From NCBI RefSeq assembly GCF_006345805.1, contig NC_042997.1:6076001-6140000 (forward strand): 64,000 nucleotides of DNA, written 5' to 3'. The stretch comes from Octopus sinensis (Eukaryota). The position numbers were made by a program, and so were the translations under genes. The notes beneath the pieces are model-generated. The model was not told the DNA's origin. It ran no database searches and saw only the letters and a program-made list of their open reading frames with translations. This document shows positions 51,467 to 64,000 of the stretch, one piece after another; position 1 is the stretch's first letter, and each line of letters begins with the position of its first letter.

Positions 51467-52811
51467 CTACACTTTGATCTTCGTCAAAAGATGAGATCCC
51501 GAAAAAGATGATCCGAAATCAAGAATATACGTAAACCATATCATGATATGATAAAATGTACAGATATATGATTTTAAACCGGTGTTCCTGACTTTACAAT
51601 CGCGAAAGTTAAAAGAAAATTAGCAACTTCGTGGATATTATTCATTTGGTCACATTAGACTGTTGCTTTTACAGGCGAAACTCAGAGAATGAAGGGACTA
51701 GTACATATGTGTGTGTGTGTGTGTTTGTGCGCGAGCGAGTGTATTTTTGTGTGTTTGTATGTTTGTGTAAAAATATACACATTTATATGCATACGCGTGC
51801 ATAGCCAGATTAAAGTCGACTTTTGTTTTTGCAGGCTTTCTTACGGGACGCGATTTCTTTCAGAATCGGATCTATCACTACATCTAGATAGGGACGAAAT
51901 CCACCTTCTCTCATAATACCCCCAAAACGTCGTATATTACGTCGATGCCCCTAAATTTTCATTAAGATTCAGAGGCTTAAGTGATGGTTTCACGTGCACA
52001 CATACACACACGTTGATACATGTAAAAAGATAGCAATATTTGGAAACTATAATTAAATATCACCCCAATCTGTGTCTCCCGTTCAATAACTCAATTGTTA
52101 TCAATTGTTTATTTCAGAGAAAAATGAAACATGGAATTAAAATATGAATAAGAAAGGAATATTTTATATTACACGGATCCATAGTATTTGTATGTTAATG
52201 ATATATACACGAACGTGCACTCACAGATATACATACACACAAGTACATGCACATACAATAAACACACAGTTATTTCGTGGGGTGTCAATGGTTATATTAG
52301 AGAAATTGTGTAGCTATATATATGTATTGATCGATGTATGTATTGTTATAAATGTGTATGTATTTGAATTTGAAAATTTGATTCGTGAAACGTATCATTT
52401 CTGATTATGTGTGTATGTATGTTCATATATTTAGAAGCTCTTAAACCAGTATAATGGAAGCAAATATATAACGCATAAATGAACAGTAAATTGTTCAAAA
52501 ATATATAGTTAGATCTGAAAATAGATATATTTATATATGACAAAAATGAGAAAAACAAGGATCCTCGTCGTTTATATCTTTTATATCTAATCAATAAAAT
52601 ATTATTTTTGAAAAAAGTATTCTTACGCTCTTGACTCCTTCAATGAAATCATTCTCTATTGGCTCAAAAACAGAAGGAAAATCACTTAACCATAGTGAAA
52701 TGTTTAAACTTACGTGTTTATATACATATACATATAAACATATGTATATATTTTTTTTTGTGTATGTATGTATGTATATATATGTATATACGTATGTATG
52801 AATGTATGTAT

Positions 52812-52856
<45 letters not shown>

Positions 52857-53098
52857 TACGCGTGCGCATTCCTATGATTCTGTGTATATTTATATATCAA
52901 CGTTTCAGAATTTTTCCATTTTAACTTAAATGAAACGCGTAATTGGATGAACATCTTTGTTATATTCTTCAATTCTCCAGAATTAGTTCGCTCAACTGCA
53001 TACACAACGCAGCAGCACATACTTGCACAAATATACTACGACATCCGCTGTGTCTGCGTATATATAGGTTAAATGTGTATGTAGTTTTTTTCTACATA

Positions 53099-53270
<172 letters not shown>

Positions 53271-53922
53271 ACTCAGTATATAGGTGTGTATGTGTGTGTG
53301 TGTGTGTGTCTGGGGCGGAGTGTATCCTGAAACAGTATTTTCCCCTTTTTGTACTACTGGCTATTTATTAAAAAAAAATATTATTTAGATTTCTATTTTG
53401 GAATAAATACTTAAATTCTCATAAGGAAATAAATATCATAAAATCTATGTAATCGGAACAATTTAAAAACTTGTGATGAATATGATTACGTACGACCTTT
53501 GAATATCCTTTTATAATGGTCTAAGATAATCGTATACGTGAAATCGAAATTGTTCTTGATTACCATTTAAGAACAATTACACCTCAATTTATACGACTGA
53601 AGCCTTTTTAAAATCTTTGGTAAAAATCTAAGATTAAGTAAGATTTCGAGGAAATATTATTTATCTAATCTTACTGTTTGTCCTTTATTACCTTTAACTA
53701 ATAACTTGTCAGTTGAACAAATAGATGCTTGAGTTATATTCTGTATCATTTTTGCATTCATTCTGTTTATGAGACTCTGGCCACCTAGAGTATATTCTTC
53801 AAGTATCCTCTCGAACGTATGCACATACACACACACATGGAGACGAGACGTTAAAACGGCATTTCTATGCTATATTGTTCGTTGCACGATATATATAATG
53901 TTCGTGTGTTTGTATGTGTATA

Positions 53923-53986
<64 letters not shown>

Positions 53987-54229
53987 ATAAATACACACAT
54001 ATACGCATATGTTTGTATATTATTGTATCTAAGGAAGGTCATTGTGCTAATAATAACACATGTACGGAGTCAATATCATTTGATTTGATTTTATATTTAA
54101 CCAACTATTTCATCCTATGTATGTCTTAATTAAATAGTTGCCCGTTTGATTAATATTGAATTTCACTTCATCAGTAAATTACTCCAAAGCTGTGAAAGTG
54201 TTTGGTCGTGTGACGTAGATTCAGTTAGG

Positions 54230-54460
54230 ACGGGTATGTGAAGCCGGAGATTATGCTCAATTTCAGGTTGGAAAGGGGTGGAAATAGATGTCTATATGTA
54301 TGGCAGCAGAGTTCGGCTATGTGGCATTACTCTGGTAATATTAAAAAGAAGCTGTCGGAGAATTTCTACCACTTCTCTGGTCGCAATTTCTGTCCCCCCA
54401 CCCTGACTCTCCCGCTTCTAATTCCAAGGACTAGTATTTGCGGGATACCAAACATAGTCA
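54230..54460 (+). mobile_element. Second maT/DD37D-like transposase fragment
   Basis: YVWQQSSAMWHYSG...KLSENFYHFSGRNFCPP is homologous to the WQQDS...WLSDNF...WPPN region at 10340-10450. Confidence 0.6.
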
Positions 54461-54528
54461 ACGATCACTCTACCTACACCATGTATCTATATATCTACCT
54501 AACTATATATAATACACACACACACACA

Positions 54529-54559
<31 letters not shown>

Positions 54560-54658
54560 TACACACACATATATATATATAAAAGCAAAATAAGAAAAGG
54601 TAGAAAATGCTAAAATAATTTTATCTTGACGAACAAATATTTTAGGACCGGGTTCAGT

Positions 54659-56048
54659 TTTTGCGACTTTTCAACTTAGATTAAAGCATGAAATACAATT
54701 GAAATGAGGAAAAGTGAATGAAATGTTTTTCTATTCTCAAAATATTCCCATGTTTTCAAATGAAATGGAAATTTTCTTTTTTTCTGTCTGCAGCTGTCTC
54801 TCGTTTTTACTCATGTGTGGTCTTGGTAGCAGGTAGCATGTAGTAGTAGTCCAATATTTCTTGGTTTTGATCGTTTAAGCTGCAGTAGTACCCCTACAAT
54901 ACATCTCCACACACAACCCTTTTAACAACGAAACCCTTGACACCATTCTCCAGAACATTCCCCTTTTGAAATGGGACCACAAAATGAATTTAATCCTCCA
55001 GACGAACACAATCATAAAGAGCAAAATAATCTATGAAAAGTCTCCTAACAAAAGCCCAATTACGCTCGACAACAACACGGAAGCCGTCAGTAATTAAATG
55101 CGAAAGACCTAACTGTGGTATATACGTCAACCTAAATGAGGGGTCGGACTTCTCTTTCAAGCAGGATCAACGCTTTACAGTGGAAAACAACTTCACGTGA
55201 GCTCCGGAGTATCTAATATACGTATGGACTTGCCCTGGGTGTCGAGAGCAATACAATCGCCAAACCAAAACTGTCTACGTGAAAGAATGTTTCTACATAG
55301 ATCCCATATTAAAATTCGAGAATACAGAAAAATAGCATGTAGCGAACACATCGACATAGGCGCCACTAACAAACATCCCAGGTTCAGAACTTTTCTCCTC
55401 TATAAATTCAAAGACCATGTAATCTGTAGTCAGCGCATTAGTAAAGAGTCATATTTTATCAAAAAAATATTAAACGCTTTTGAATACATCCACCACAAAT
55501 CACACTATTACAAGAGCCTTAGAATAATACCCTCAGAACAATTCCAGTTACTACTATTATATACACCACAAGTCACTTTTATGTCACTTGACCACTTAAG
55601 AGAAATCGACCAGCATCCTACTACTCTCACACCACTCCCGCATTTATTTTATTCTTTCTCTTCTGTTCCTACACCCTCTTCTTCTTCTTCTTCTTCTTCT
55701 TCTTCTTCTTCTTCTTCTTCTTCTTCTTCTTCTTCTTCTTCTTCTCTTCCTTTTCCTCCTCCTCCTTCTTCTTCTTCTCCTCCTCCCCTTCTTCTTCTTC
55801 TTTGCTGCATCCTTTCTCAGCTACCTTGTTACGTAAGGAGTCAAAACCAAGAATTCATATCAAATATTACGGCTACTAGAGCCTGCTACGTACGACCAAG
55901 ACCTCACATGAGTTAAAAATGGGAGACAGAGAGGAAAAAGGAAAATATCCGTTCCATTTGAAAACTATGGAAATATTTTAGAAAATATTTAATTTTTCCA
56001 CAATTTAATTGCTTTTCCTGCTTTACTCTAAGTTGGAAAATTCGCAAA
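54659..56048. repeat. ~210-bp inverted repeat arms (54659-54870 and 55841-56048) enclosing the PLE fragment
   Basis: tttgcgacttttcaacttagattaaagcatg...actcatgtgtggtcttggt...ttcttggttttga vs the reverse complement of tcaaaaccaagaa...accaagacctcacatgagt...ctttactctaagttggaaaattcgcaaa. Confidence 0.8.
54880..55490 (+). mobile_element. PLE linker plus GIY-YIG endonuclease fragment (Neptune-like), pseudogenised
   Basis: YISTHNPFN...ILQNIPLL...IIKSK / MKSLLTKAQL...KCERPNCG..NLNEGSDFSFK...FTVENNFT*APEYLIYVWTCPGCREQYNRQT / LRERMFLHRSHIK...CSEHID...KESYFIKK. Confidence 0.85.
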
Positions 56049-57545
56049 GACTAGAATATACGAGAATTTATTATTAATCACGACAATTTTTTCGACCAAT
56101 CTAGCAGCGATATCTCATATGTGGGACACTCAACAACTGGTTCAGGAGTATCCGGTAGTGCAGATGTATATAGTCGGGTGATAAATAAATACAGCTCGTT
56201 AAAATTATTGTTCCGCAATATAAATTGCCGTTCTATAGAGAGAAAAGCAGTCAGACGGAGGAAATATCTTCATTTATATAAATAAAATAAAATCACAGAT
56301 GGCAAAAGAGAAAGGAACACGCTGTCAAGCGAGAAAAGTATAAAAATAGTCGTTAACAGATATGGTTGCATAAAACCCCACGAGCAAGCTGCATGTCACG
56401 AGAACACTCGCTCATACAACCATCCGCAAAAATGTGAGTATACGCACACGTGAAGTTTGGTAATCCGCTATCTCTCAGCTATTATCTTGCGAATATTTTT
56501 TTTAATTGTTCATAATACTTTAAAATTTCAGGGAATATTGTGTCTCCTTTTCTTTTTATGCATCTTGTCTAACTTATCCTGAACAACCCATACTTTATTA
56601 TTAATTGCAACTCAAGGAATTATGTGATCAATAAAAATTAATTAATACTAGATTTCTAATGTTATGTCTCGAATTGATCAGTTCTTCTCGACTACAGATT
56701 GATATGAGAATGAACAAAATATTTTCTGTTTACTTAATGCTAGATTTCCCGACATTAGACAAATAATTTGTCTCTGTACAAACCTCTAACTTAGATAATC
56801 AAAAGGTACTTTTTTTTTTCAATGACTAATGAATATTTTCAATTTCACATCATTCTATACTTTCTGTTGTGTAATATAAATATTTGAATCATTTCAATAA
56901 TGCTTCAAAACATTACGTTTATATCATTCGTGTGGATCCATATCTAAAATTTCGTTTTTCAGTACTGTATAGAACAAATATTATACTTACGTTTCAGTGT
57001 ATATATTATATGATATCTCGAAAATTTCGAAGCCTTACTCGATTGCCAGACAAAATGCAAAAATAAATGGCTTGGTTCCTAAACAAAATGTCCTCTCACA
57101 GGATCTGCAAAATAATAATAAAATACGTAAATAAATAGACAACCAACATGTAATATAAATGCGATAAAGATTGAATTTCGAAAGTATTTCCCTTTCCAAA
57201 ATAATATTCCCATCACCTACACAAGACACATATACATACTCTAACACACACTCACACACACACATGCACACACACACACACACAGAAGCACATACACACG
57301 AAAAGCCACACACAAAACCAGAAACTTTTTTTAATAAAGCAAAATATTCTTTGGTATTTCAAATAAAAGATCAGAGAAAGTACTGAAAACTTCAATAACC
57401 AAACTTCGCCAGATTTGCTTCTTTAATTAGCATTAACTGAAGCTATAAACAATACATGTCAGAAAGGCTTGCAAGTGTGATGTTTATCCACCTGTGACTG
57501 TACATCATATTATGACAACAGTGCTAACCTAATACTTCGATGCAA

Positions 57546-57712
57546 ATGTATTTCGTCTGTCTTTACGTTCTGAGTTCAAATTCCGCCGGGGTCGACTTTG
57601 CCTTTCATCCTTTCGGTGTAGATAAATTAAGTACCAGTTGCATACCGAGGTCGATCTAATTGAGTGGCTACCTTCCACAAAATGTCAGGCCTTGTACCTA
57701 GAGCAGAAAAAG
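57546..57712 (+). mobile_element. 5'-truncated SINE family A with perfect 15-bp TSD
   Basis: aatacttcgatgcaa at 57531-57545 and 57713-57727 flanks the SINE body. Confidence 0.9.
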
Positions 57713-58593
57713 AATACTTCGATGCAAGTGACATGTAATGCTGTTTTGTAAAGTATTTAATTTTAAGGTCACATCAAAGTAGTCTCAAATTGCACTACCA
57801 AGTTTGATATCCAATAAGCACATTATATTATCAAACTCAAATGAAAATCAGCACTTTTTAGAAGTGGCCAGGGTGGATGTGTAGCAAATAGATACAGGAG
57901 AGATTTACAGTTAGTAGATACAAATATCAGTCGCATTTCAAATCACTTTTTCGGGAGGATGCACACTGTCTTTTGCATTATATGCTTCTGTTGCTAAGAG
58001 AACAAAGTAAATATTATATTATAATCCGGTACTTTCAGCGGGAGAAACCATCATTGTTGAACGCTTGCAGTAACGCCTAGTGCAATGTAGAGAGCAAGAA
58101 GAGGCAACATATCAATGTCATTCGCAAGTTATCAGTTTTTCTTAAGAATGCTTAGATAGGCGTCGTCGCCACAACGGACGAACATATATAGGGAACAGCT
58201 TTAATTTTATGCGTGTTTCGTTAAGCATGCATCATTTTCATAAGGTTTTTGTCGTTGGTTTGCAACAATATAGTTTCTAAATTCATAATCGATATATTAA
58301 TAACTTCATATTTTCAGTCCGTATTGTTTCATATAAACATGTTGATGTGGGGAAGACTTCCAGCAAAGGTGACTTGACCGTTGTGTAGATGCATCGGCAG
58401 TTATGCGTTGATTTATTGTCGCATCCACATTTTGAAAGTTGAGATTCTTTTTTTTTTTTTATGTCAGTGGCCACATGTAAATTTTCCGTATGTGTATTTG
58501 TGTAATGATATTAGAATTGTTTTTACTTATGTTTTGTACTGAAAATTATGAAGTATGTATGAATATAACAGGGATATATACATAAAAGTATAG

Positions 58594-58902
58594 GGAGGAC
58601 ACGTAGCGTAGTGTTGATTCGGCTCACAATCGTGAGGTCGTGAGGTTGATACTCATCGGCATGTTGTGTCCCTGAACAAGGCACTTTGCTGCAGTATGCC
58701 CAGTTGGCAAAAATGAATAATACCTTTATTTCAAATGACCAGCTTTGTCACATTCTGTGTCACACTTAATATCCCTGGGATTCAGCGTTAAAGGTACTCG
58801 TGCCTGTGGAGTGCTAAGCTATTTACACGTTAATATTACATGCAGACGCTTCCGCTGAATGGATCAGCTTGAACCCTCGTCGCCGAAAGCGATGGAGTGC
58901 CA
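58594..58902 (+). mobile_element. tRNA-derived SINE (family C-related)
   Basis: ggaggacacgtagcgtagtg...gctcacaatcgtgaggtcgtg...tttcaaatgaccagctttgtcacattctgtgtcac...gaaccctcgtcgccgaaagcgatggagtgcca. Confidence 0.7.
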
Positions 58903-59631
58903 TTTAGATTGATATAAGATATATGAATATGTATGCATATTAATACACACACGCGCATATAAAAATACACAGACATGTGTGTGCACGTGTATGGGTGTGT
59001 GTGTGTGTGTGTGTATGTTTACACATGTCTACATAGATTTATGCAGTATTATTATTGCTGTTTATAATTTCTATTTGAAATATGGTATGAACTGTCTGTG
59101 GAGGATTGAAAATAATAACTAACTAGAAAACTAATCAAAAATTATTTTCCATTATTATCCCTTTCTGAATCATTTGTGTCCTTGGGATAACCTTATGTTA
59201 GTTTTCATATCAAATTCTCTACGTAGTGCTGCTGCCGTTGTTATTGATAACATTTGACCAGACACTATCCCTCTGTACTATTAAATGCTAGGTAAATTTC
59301 ATTTTGAAAGCAAATATTAATGATACTTGCTGACTTCATTAGCCAATCGGTCTACATTTAAAGCCGATCTTTGTTTGCTTTTCTGTATTATTCTCCTCTA
59401 CCATAGCCTGAAGACGAAAGATGGAATGAGGAAGCAGAAGAAGAAGCAGATGAAGATGAAGTTGAAGCAGATGAAGAAGACCATCATCATCATCATCATC
59501 ATCATGTAGGCAATAAAGGGAGTAGCTAAAGAAGATATTGCAAGTATGTGGACAATGAAGAGAGTAACTGTTATCCCGATAGTTATAGTGATATCCGGAT
59601 CACAAACAACGAAGATCAAAAAATATCTCGG

Positions 59632-59757
59632 AGAAACATTTCTTAGTTCAAATGCTGCCGAGATTGACTTTGCTTTTCATCCTTTCAGTGTCAATTAAAT
59701 AAGTACCAGTTGTATAGCAGGATGTCGGTAATCGACTATGCCCTCGAAATTTGAAAC
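59632..59757 (+). mobile_element. Degenerate SINE family A fragment
   Basis: agttcaaatgctgccgagattgactttgcttttcatcctttcagtgtcaattaaataagtaccagttg. Confidence 0.7.
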
Positions 59758-59867
59758 TAATATATCTAGAATGTGACTAAATATTACATTCAATGACATT
59801 GGAAAAGGGAACAATGTAGCAACGCCTCACTCACTCTGTCTGTCTGTATCTCTCTCTCCATGTACTT

Positions 59868-59906
<39 letters not shown>

Positions 59907-60654
59907 CAATGTTACAATGTGTCGATCTATTTATTCTGTTACACTAGAGTTTAACTTGTACTATTATTTCTTATATTGTGTCTACTTTCCTTCAGAACTG
60001 TCTAATTTGTGTTACATATTCTTTGAAAACAGTAAACATAGGTCTATTTAATATTGTTGTAAAGTATTCTATTGACTGTTTTATTCCGAGGTCTCGATGA
60101 AATTGCACTGGACAAGCACAATACTTGAGATAAGCTATAATGCTTCACAACTGTCATATGAAATGAAAGCCTTTCAATAGAAACAGCTGAACAGTGGAAA
60201 CAAAGTGCGTTAATTAACCCTGGGTATGTGGAGACTAGAGAGAAACAATTAACCACATTGTAACCAGGAAATGTGACTTAGCGAAGGGAATATACATCTA
60301 CGAGTATTACATATATGAGATAGAGAGAATGGGACAGAAAGTGAACAATAGAAATATGTTGTGCATCTACAATCCTTTTGTTATTTAAATGTATAATAAA
60401 TTTAGTACGTGTTTTCATGACAAGGAAAATAGGGCAAATTTATTCTTTTATTGATCCATATATAATTTTTTTATTAGCTCCGATATTCGAGGTTTATGTT
60501 ATATCTATATATACGCTATATCAATATATCTATCCATATGTTTTAATTTATGTATACATGTGTTGTTAGTATTTTATAAGATTTTCAATATATTTCAATA
60601 GAATTAAAAACTAAAAAAATATGTAAAATTGAAGACATTTCAAACACTAGAACA

Positions 60655-60795
60655 GTTATTTCTAATTTTGGGAGGAGGGCTGTTAATGGACACTGTTGAC
60701 ATCAATTCTTAATTCACATTGTTTTATAGACCAAAGATGGGGGAAAATGAAGAAATGACCTTGTCAAATTTCGAACTCCGAACATAAAATCTTGT
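60655..60795 (-). mobile_element. Very degenerate SINE family A fragment
   Basis: aattttgggaggagggc...gaccttgtcaaatttcgaactccgaacataaaa resembles the reverse complement of family A. Confidence 0.4.
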
Positions 60796-61794
60796 AAATA
60801 ACGTAGATTTGTCTTGTACTAAAAACATTGTGGCAATTAACGAACTAATATGATGAAAGAAATAATAAGAAAATGAATAAATTTTCTGCCTTTCTTTGTA
60901 TTAAAAAACTGCCTGTTCGGTTTTCAAACATGATTTTTGTTTTAATCATGAGTTTTATTACTATTCTTGTTTAGACTGCCTGTATATGTAGTATGAAATA
61001 CATTTGTTTCTACTACTATAGAGGGTACTGGCAGATCACACTACAGAGAAAAAAGTTGTATTTCTATATAAACATTTAAAAGTCAAACAATAAAGGGTTT
61101 CATTATTTTCAATCTACTGTTGTATATGAATAAATCTCAATAATTTTTTAGCAATAAATTATCTTTAAAATTAGAACAGCGCAAAATTTATGGAACGTCA
61201 TCGCACGATACCAAAGGTACTTTGCCTTACATTGCATGTATGACATCACTGCTCGACAAAGATGCTTCCTCGAAGCTGATGGGACGTGCAAAACTATCTG
61301 CGATGAGGACACAATCTCGCTTCTTCCAAGCGAGTTGATGTGCTTCGTTGTTATTACTTTCTTTTCTTGTTCACAAAACCTCAGGCATTTTGTCACAGTA
61401 TGTCTTGAGTGAGGTATGGCAAACAAAACAGCTAATTATTACTTACAATACACAACATCAGTTCTCTGAGCCTCACTGAAATACAGTGCTGCTCATGACA
61501 GACGAGGATGTAGGACACTATGTATTACAGGGCTTAAAAGAATGGTAGATGGAATTCATACACCATATATTCTTCATATACTAGAACGATAATGACGTTA
61601 GCTTAGACATATGATCAAACAGTGGAGCAGGGAAGTAATATTTTATTACCAACATTTTAGTAAACGTGTGTTCACTGAAACATATTACTGATGCAATGTA
61701 TATTAGGAAATTATGCAGTTTGCTCACAGTGGGTGGACGGTTCATTCTCATTTCAAAGCGTCATCCATAATTCTAAGCTAACATATGTTATATT

Positions 61795-62000
61795 GGTTTC
61801 AAAAATTTGCACAATGCCAGCAATTTATGGAAAGGGAGATAGTTGATTACATAGAATTCAGGACTCAAGGATTACTTATTTTATCAACCCCGAAAGACAA
61901 AGGATAAGACGACCTCGACGGATTGCACTCAGAATGTAACGGTGGACGAAATGCCGCTAAGCATTTAGCCAGCCATACTATCGGGGCTGTCATCTTGCCG
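61795..62000 (-). mobile_element. SINE family A
   Basis: tttatcaaccccgaaag...gacctcgacggattgcactcagaatgtaacggtggacgaaatgccgctaagcatttagcc is the reverse complement of family A. Confidence 0.75.
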
Positions 62001-63114
62001 TATTAGTTATGTATGTTATATTTATATTTGATCTAGCGAAGTTCTGTTCTGAAGCAGGTCTTTTTGAAATGTCAGCTAAGCGCGTATTGAATTCGGAGAT
62101 GTCATTGAAACGTGTTCTACTACAGATAACATCAGACACACCCTACTGTATTGTACTTAGAAGCTGATTTTCTAAGAAATATCTCAGTTTGCTGTATATT
62201 ATCACTGACTTCTTAATCAAGAATCTGTCAACAATATTTGTAGAAATACCGGACAAGACTATCGAATTATGGAGTATATCTTATTCTATTCGCTACTGTA
62301 AATGATCTATCTATCTATCTATCTATTTATTTCGTTTATGAATATATATACATGCATACAACATACATACATACACACATGCATACATACATACAGACAG
62401 ACATATATATATATATACGCACAGATAGTTATACTTACACATATATATACTGTATATGTGAATGTATTTTTTGTGTACGCGCACGTTAAGAATAGCACAT
62501 TTATTTGCATACGATACTTTCAAATATTGTATTAATTACAGTAAAATTGCAATATCAGAGATTGTCCAAGTTTCAACATTCCGGCATTGTATGGAAAATA
62601 ACCAAACACAATTAGCATAATTCCAAACATAGTTGCTAGGGCGGGAATCCATTATGCGACAAGAATAACCAGCAATTTCTAATTGTACTGCGCAAATGGG
62701 GTCGAGATTTGTTTTGAAACTTTTGAGATATAGATCAGGCAATCTATATGAGAAATAAACGATAGTAGCAGTTGTGGGGAGAAGCGGCAAAGAAGGGTCT
62801 CGTGTTATATGGTCGTTGAACATCTCTCTTTCTGGTTGGTGGATAGTTTCAATCAATAAATTCATTCCTGATTACAGAATCCTGCTACTGTGGAATATTT
62901 TACATCATTTCTCTTGAAATATTATCTGGCTCCGATCTATGCGAGCGCTGATTGGTGTATATTTAACACGGCCGCCCATCAAGAGCAAACAAATTCGCCC
63001 ATATTAGGAAATATTTTCCTGTCTTCCGATCGATTGCTTTCCAGGATGAGATATGTTTCACAAGAAAGATAGTTCATATATATATATATACATGAATATA
63101 TCTATCTATCTATC

Positions 63115-63152
<38 letters not shown>

Positions 63153-63222
63153 ATATATGAATATATATATCCATATATATACATATATATATATATATGA
63201 ATATATATATACATATATATAC

Positions 63223-63276
<54 letters not shown>

Positions 63277-63355
63277 TATATATATATACATATATGTTTA
63301 TGTGTATAGACACACGCACATATATGTATATGTGTATATATATTTATACGCATAT

Positions 63356-63750
63356 GTAAGAGGTCTGATCAATAACTATACGGACTGTTGGTATAGCAAC
63401 GAAGCTGTAGAGCCCAGAGTGAAGCTGCTTAATACAGATTGACCTTGAACTGTACTCTGCAAGCAACCTTAGTTTCATCGTTCTAGCTCACTTTCGCTGT
63501 TTAAGGCAGTGATTGAAATGAAGGTGTGTAGCGTGTGATCGTCGCATTGACCATGACAGTGTAAGTTTCCATGGCGATGCCTGCACAGAGGCTTGTGCAC
63601 AGTTTCAGAAAATTTATAGAGAGGGTTTATTGAGCGGCACACATGTACGCGTTCTTCAGAAGTTTCTGAGATTGCCGGGACACTGTCGATATTGACAAAC
63701 TTCTGAAAGCCTATAAGATCAATCGGTGTCAATCTGTTTCATTCCGTGTA
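63356..63750 (+). mobile_element. 5' end of a mariner-type transposon
   Basis: taagaggtctgatcaataactatacggactg (tacgagg-type mariner TIR start) followed by ...gtcgcattgaccatgacag and a decayed transposase start (gcgatgcctgcacagaggc...aaaatttatagagag). Confidence 0.6.
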
Positions 63751-63817
63751 CTTCAGCTTCGTTTTTATGACAGAATTATGAATACTCACTGAACAGACCA
63801 CGTACATATATGTGTGG

Positions 63818-63888
<71 letters not shown>

Positions 63889-64000
63889 TGAGTTGAAAGA
63901 AGAATGAAGATCTATACAAGTCAATTTTTATATATGAAAGATAGAGGTGGAAATAGCGCAGTAGTAAATCTAAGACGTTTCACTTCAGAAGGAATTTAAT

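Noticed and set aside
55176-55178. TGA at a Cys position of the PLE endonuclease (NNFT*A) as selenocysteine (position approximate)
   Set aside because: The element also has frameshifts, so a single TGY-to-TGA change is adequately explained by decay; the same applies to TGAs at about 36925-36935, which fit CGA decay.
55197-55916. 239-aa ORF as a real gene
   Set aside because: It is a chimera: a frameshifted PLE GIY-YIG tail, then UTR and a (TCT)n microsatellite.
56348-56438. Exon ending at the strong donor AAAAAT|GTGAGT (about 56432)
   Set aside because: No polypyrimidine acceptor and no recognisable peptide; a donor hexamer alone is expected by chance in 64 kb.
62740-62790. VAVVGRSGKEGS as a Walker A motif
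   Set aside because: It lacks GKS/T, is preceded by an in-frame stop, and is the antisense of another ORF.

Overview
This is 64 kb of AT-rich animal (eukaryotic) genomic DNA with an intron or intergenic character. It is not prokaryotic and has no CRISPR array. It is dominated by microsatellites ((TA)n, (CA)n, (GATA)n, (ATT)n, (AGT)n, (CAT)n) and decayed transposable elements. The SINE families resemble those I recall from Octopus/coleoid cephalopod genomes; this is recognition from memory, not a database result. No intact protein-coding gene can be supported, and most ORFs in the track are microsatellite read-throughs. Recognisable elements are: (1) three tRNA-derived SINE families (about 17 copies, one with a perfect 15-bp TSD); (2) CR1-group and RTE LINE 3' ends; (3) Tc1 (near full length, both TIRs), mariner DD34D, maT/DD37D fossils and a 134-bp MITE; (4) two non-autonomous Helitron-like elements; (5) several lineages of Penelope-like retroelements (PLE; RT C-terminus plus GIY-YIG). 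The features most worth checking are: (a) minimal hammerhead-ribozyme-like motifs at PLE ends, one with a non-canonical CUGUAGA core (25211-25246, minus strand); (b) a PLE endonuclease fragment enclosed by ~210-bp inverted repeats (54659-56048); (c) a Helitron 3' end that is a 41-bp palindrome able to act as a terminator on either strand (27085-27125); (d) a His/Cys-rich plus heptad-repeat reading frame with a single in-frame TGA (25452-25814). All coordinates were counted by hand and boundaries of decayed elements are approximate.
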